Assembly (NCBI GenBank): GCA_973895155.1
Contig: OZ316894.1
Span: 16,600,216-16,664,215 of the forward strand
Length of the DNA: 64,000 bases
Reading direction: 5' to 3'
Source of the DNA: Marsupella aquatica
Taxonomy: Eukaryota > Plantae > Marchantiophyta
Positions 63,784 to 64,000 of the stretch are shown here, piece after piece (positions within the stretch are counted from its first letter, which is position 1; each line of letters starts with the position of its first letter). Position numbers and translations under genes: made by a program. Under the pieces are notes generated by a model, which worked only from the letters and a program-made list of their open reading frames with translations, was not told the DNA's origin and did no database searches.

Positions 63784-64000
63784 CAGCTTTACCTACATTG
63801 CCAGTAAAAATGTTTCAACTTACAATACCGTCTCTATTTTATTGTATATGAAATATGTCAGGTTTTCATACATGGTTACCTTTGTTACATTGGTGAACTT
63901 GTCGTTCAGGCATGAAACCTTGATAGATTTGTAAATATAGAAAAACTATAGCAAAAGTGTCAATTGGAACATCTTTAGTAACAAAAGTACTTAAAAGTTG
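63784..64000. mobile_element. ~220 bp fold-back element, copy C (reaches the window edge)
   Basis: CAGCTTT...GGTTACCT | TTGTTACATT | GGTGAACTTGTC...CTTAAAAGTTG; homologous to copies A and B. Confidence 0.65.

Overview
Eukaryotic nuclear DNA from a land plant. Compact GT-AG introns, moderate GC and gene style suggest a bryophyte, possibly a liverwort; this is inference. There are eight well-supported protein genes: plastid GrpE, a MOT1/2 molybdate transporter, an R3HCC1-like RRM protein, a UCH37/UCH2 deubiquitinase, a soluble epoxide hydrolase, plastid SECA2, an R3H-SUZ protein and N-acetylglutamate synthase. There is also a remorin-like coiled-coil ORF. Intergenic islands carry DNA transposons: a decayed PIF/Harbinger element with TAA TSDs and a nested ~1.5 kb insertion, Tourist-like MITEs (one copy with an internal inversion), and a ~220 bp fold-back element present in three copies. 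Many short tandem duplications are also present. I found no CRISPR, rRNA or intact tRNA, and no convincing novel multi-gene system. The most unusual signals are a SECA2 intron repeat carrying perfect antisense copies of its own 5' splice site, the fold-back family, and tandem amplification of the Harbinger transposase start region. Exon coordinates were read by eye.
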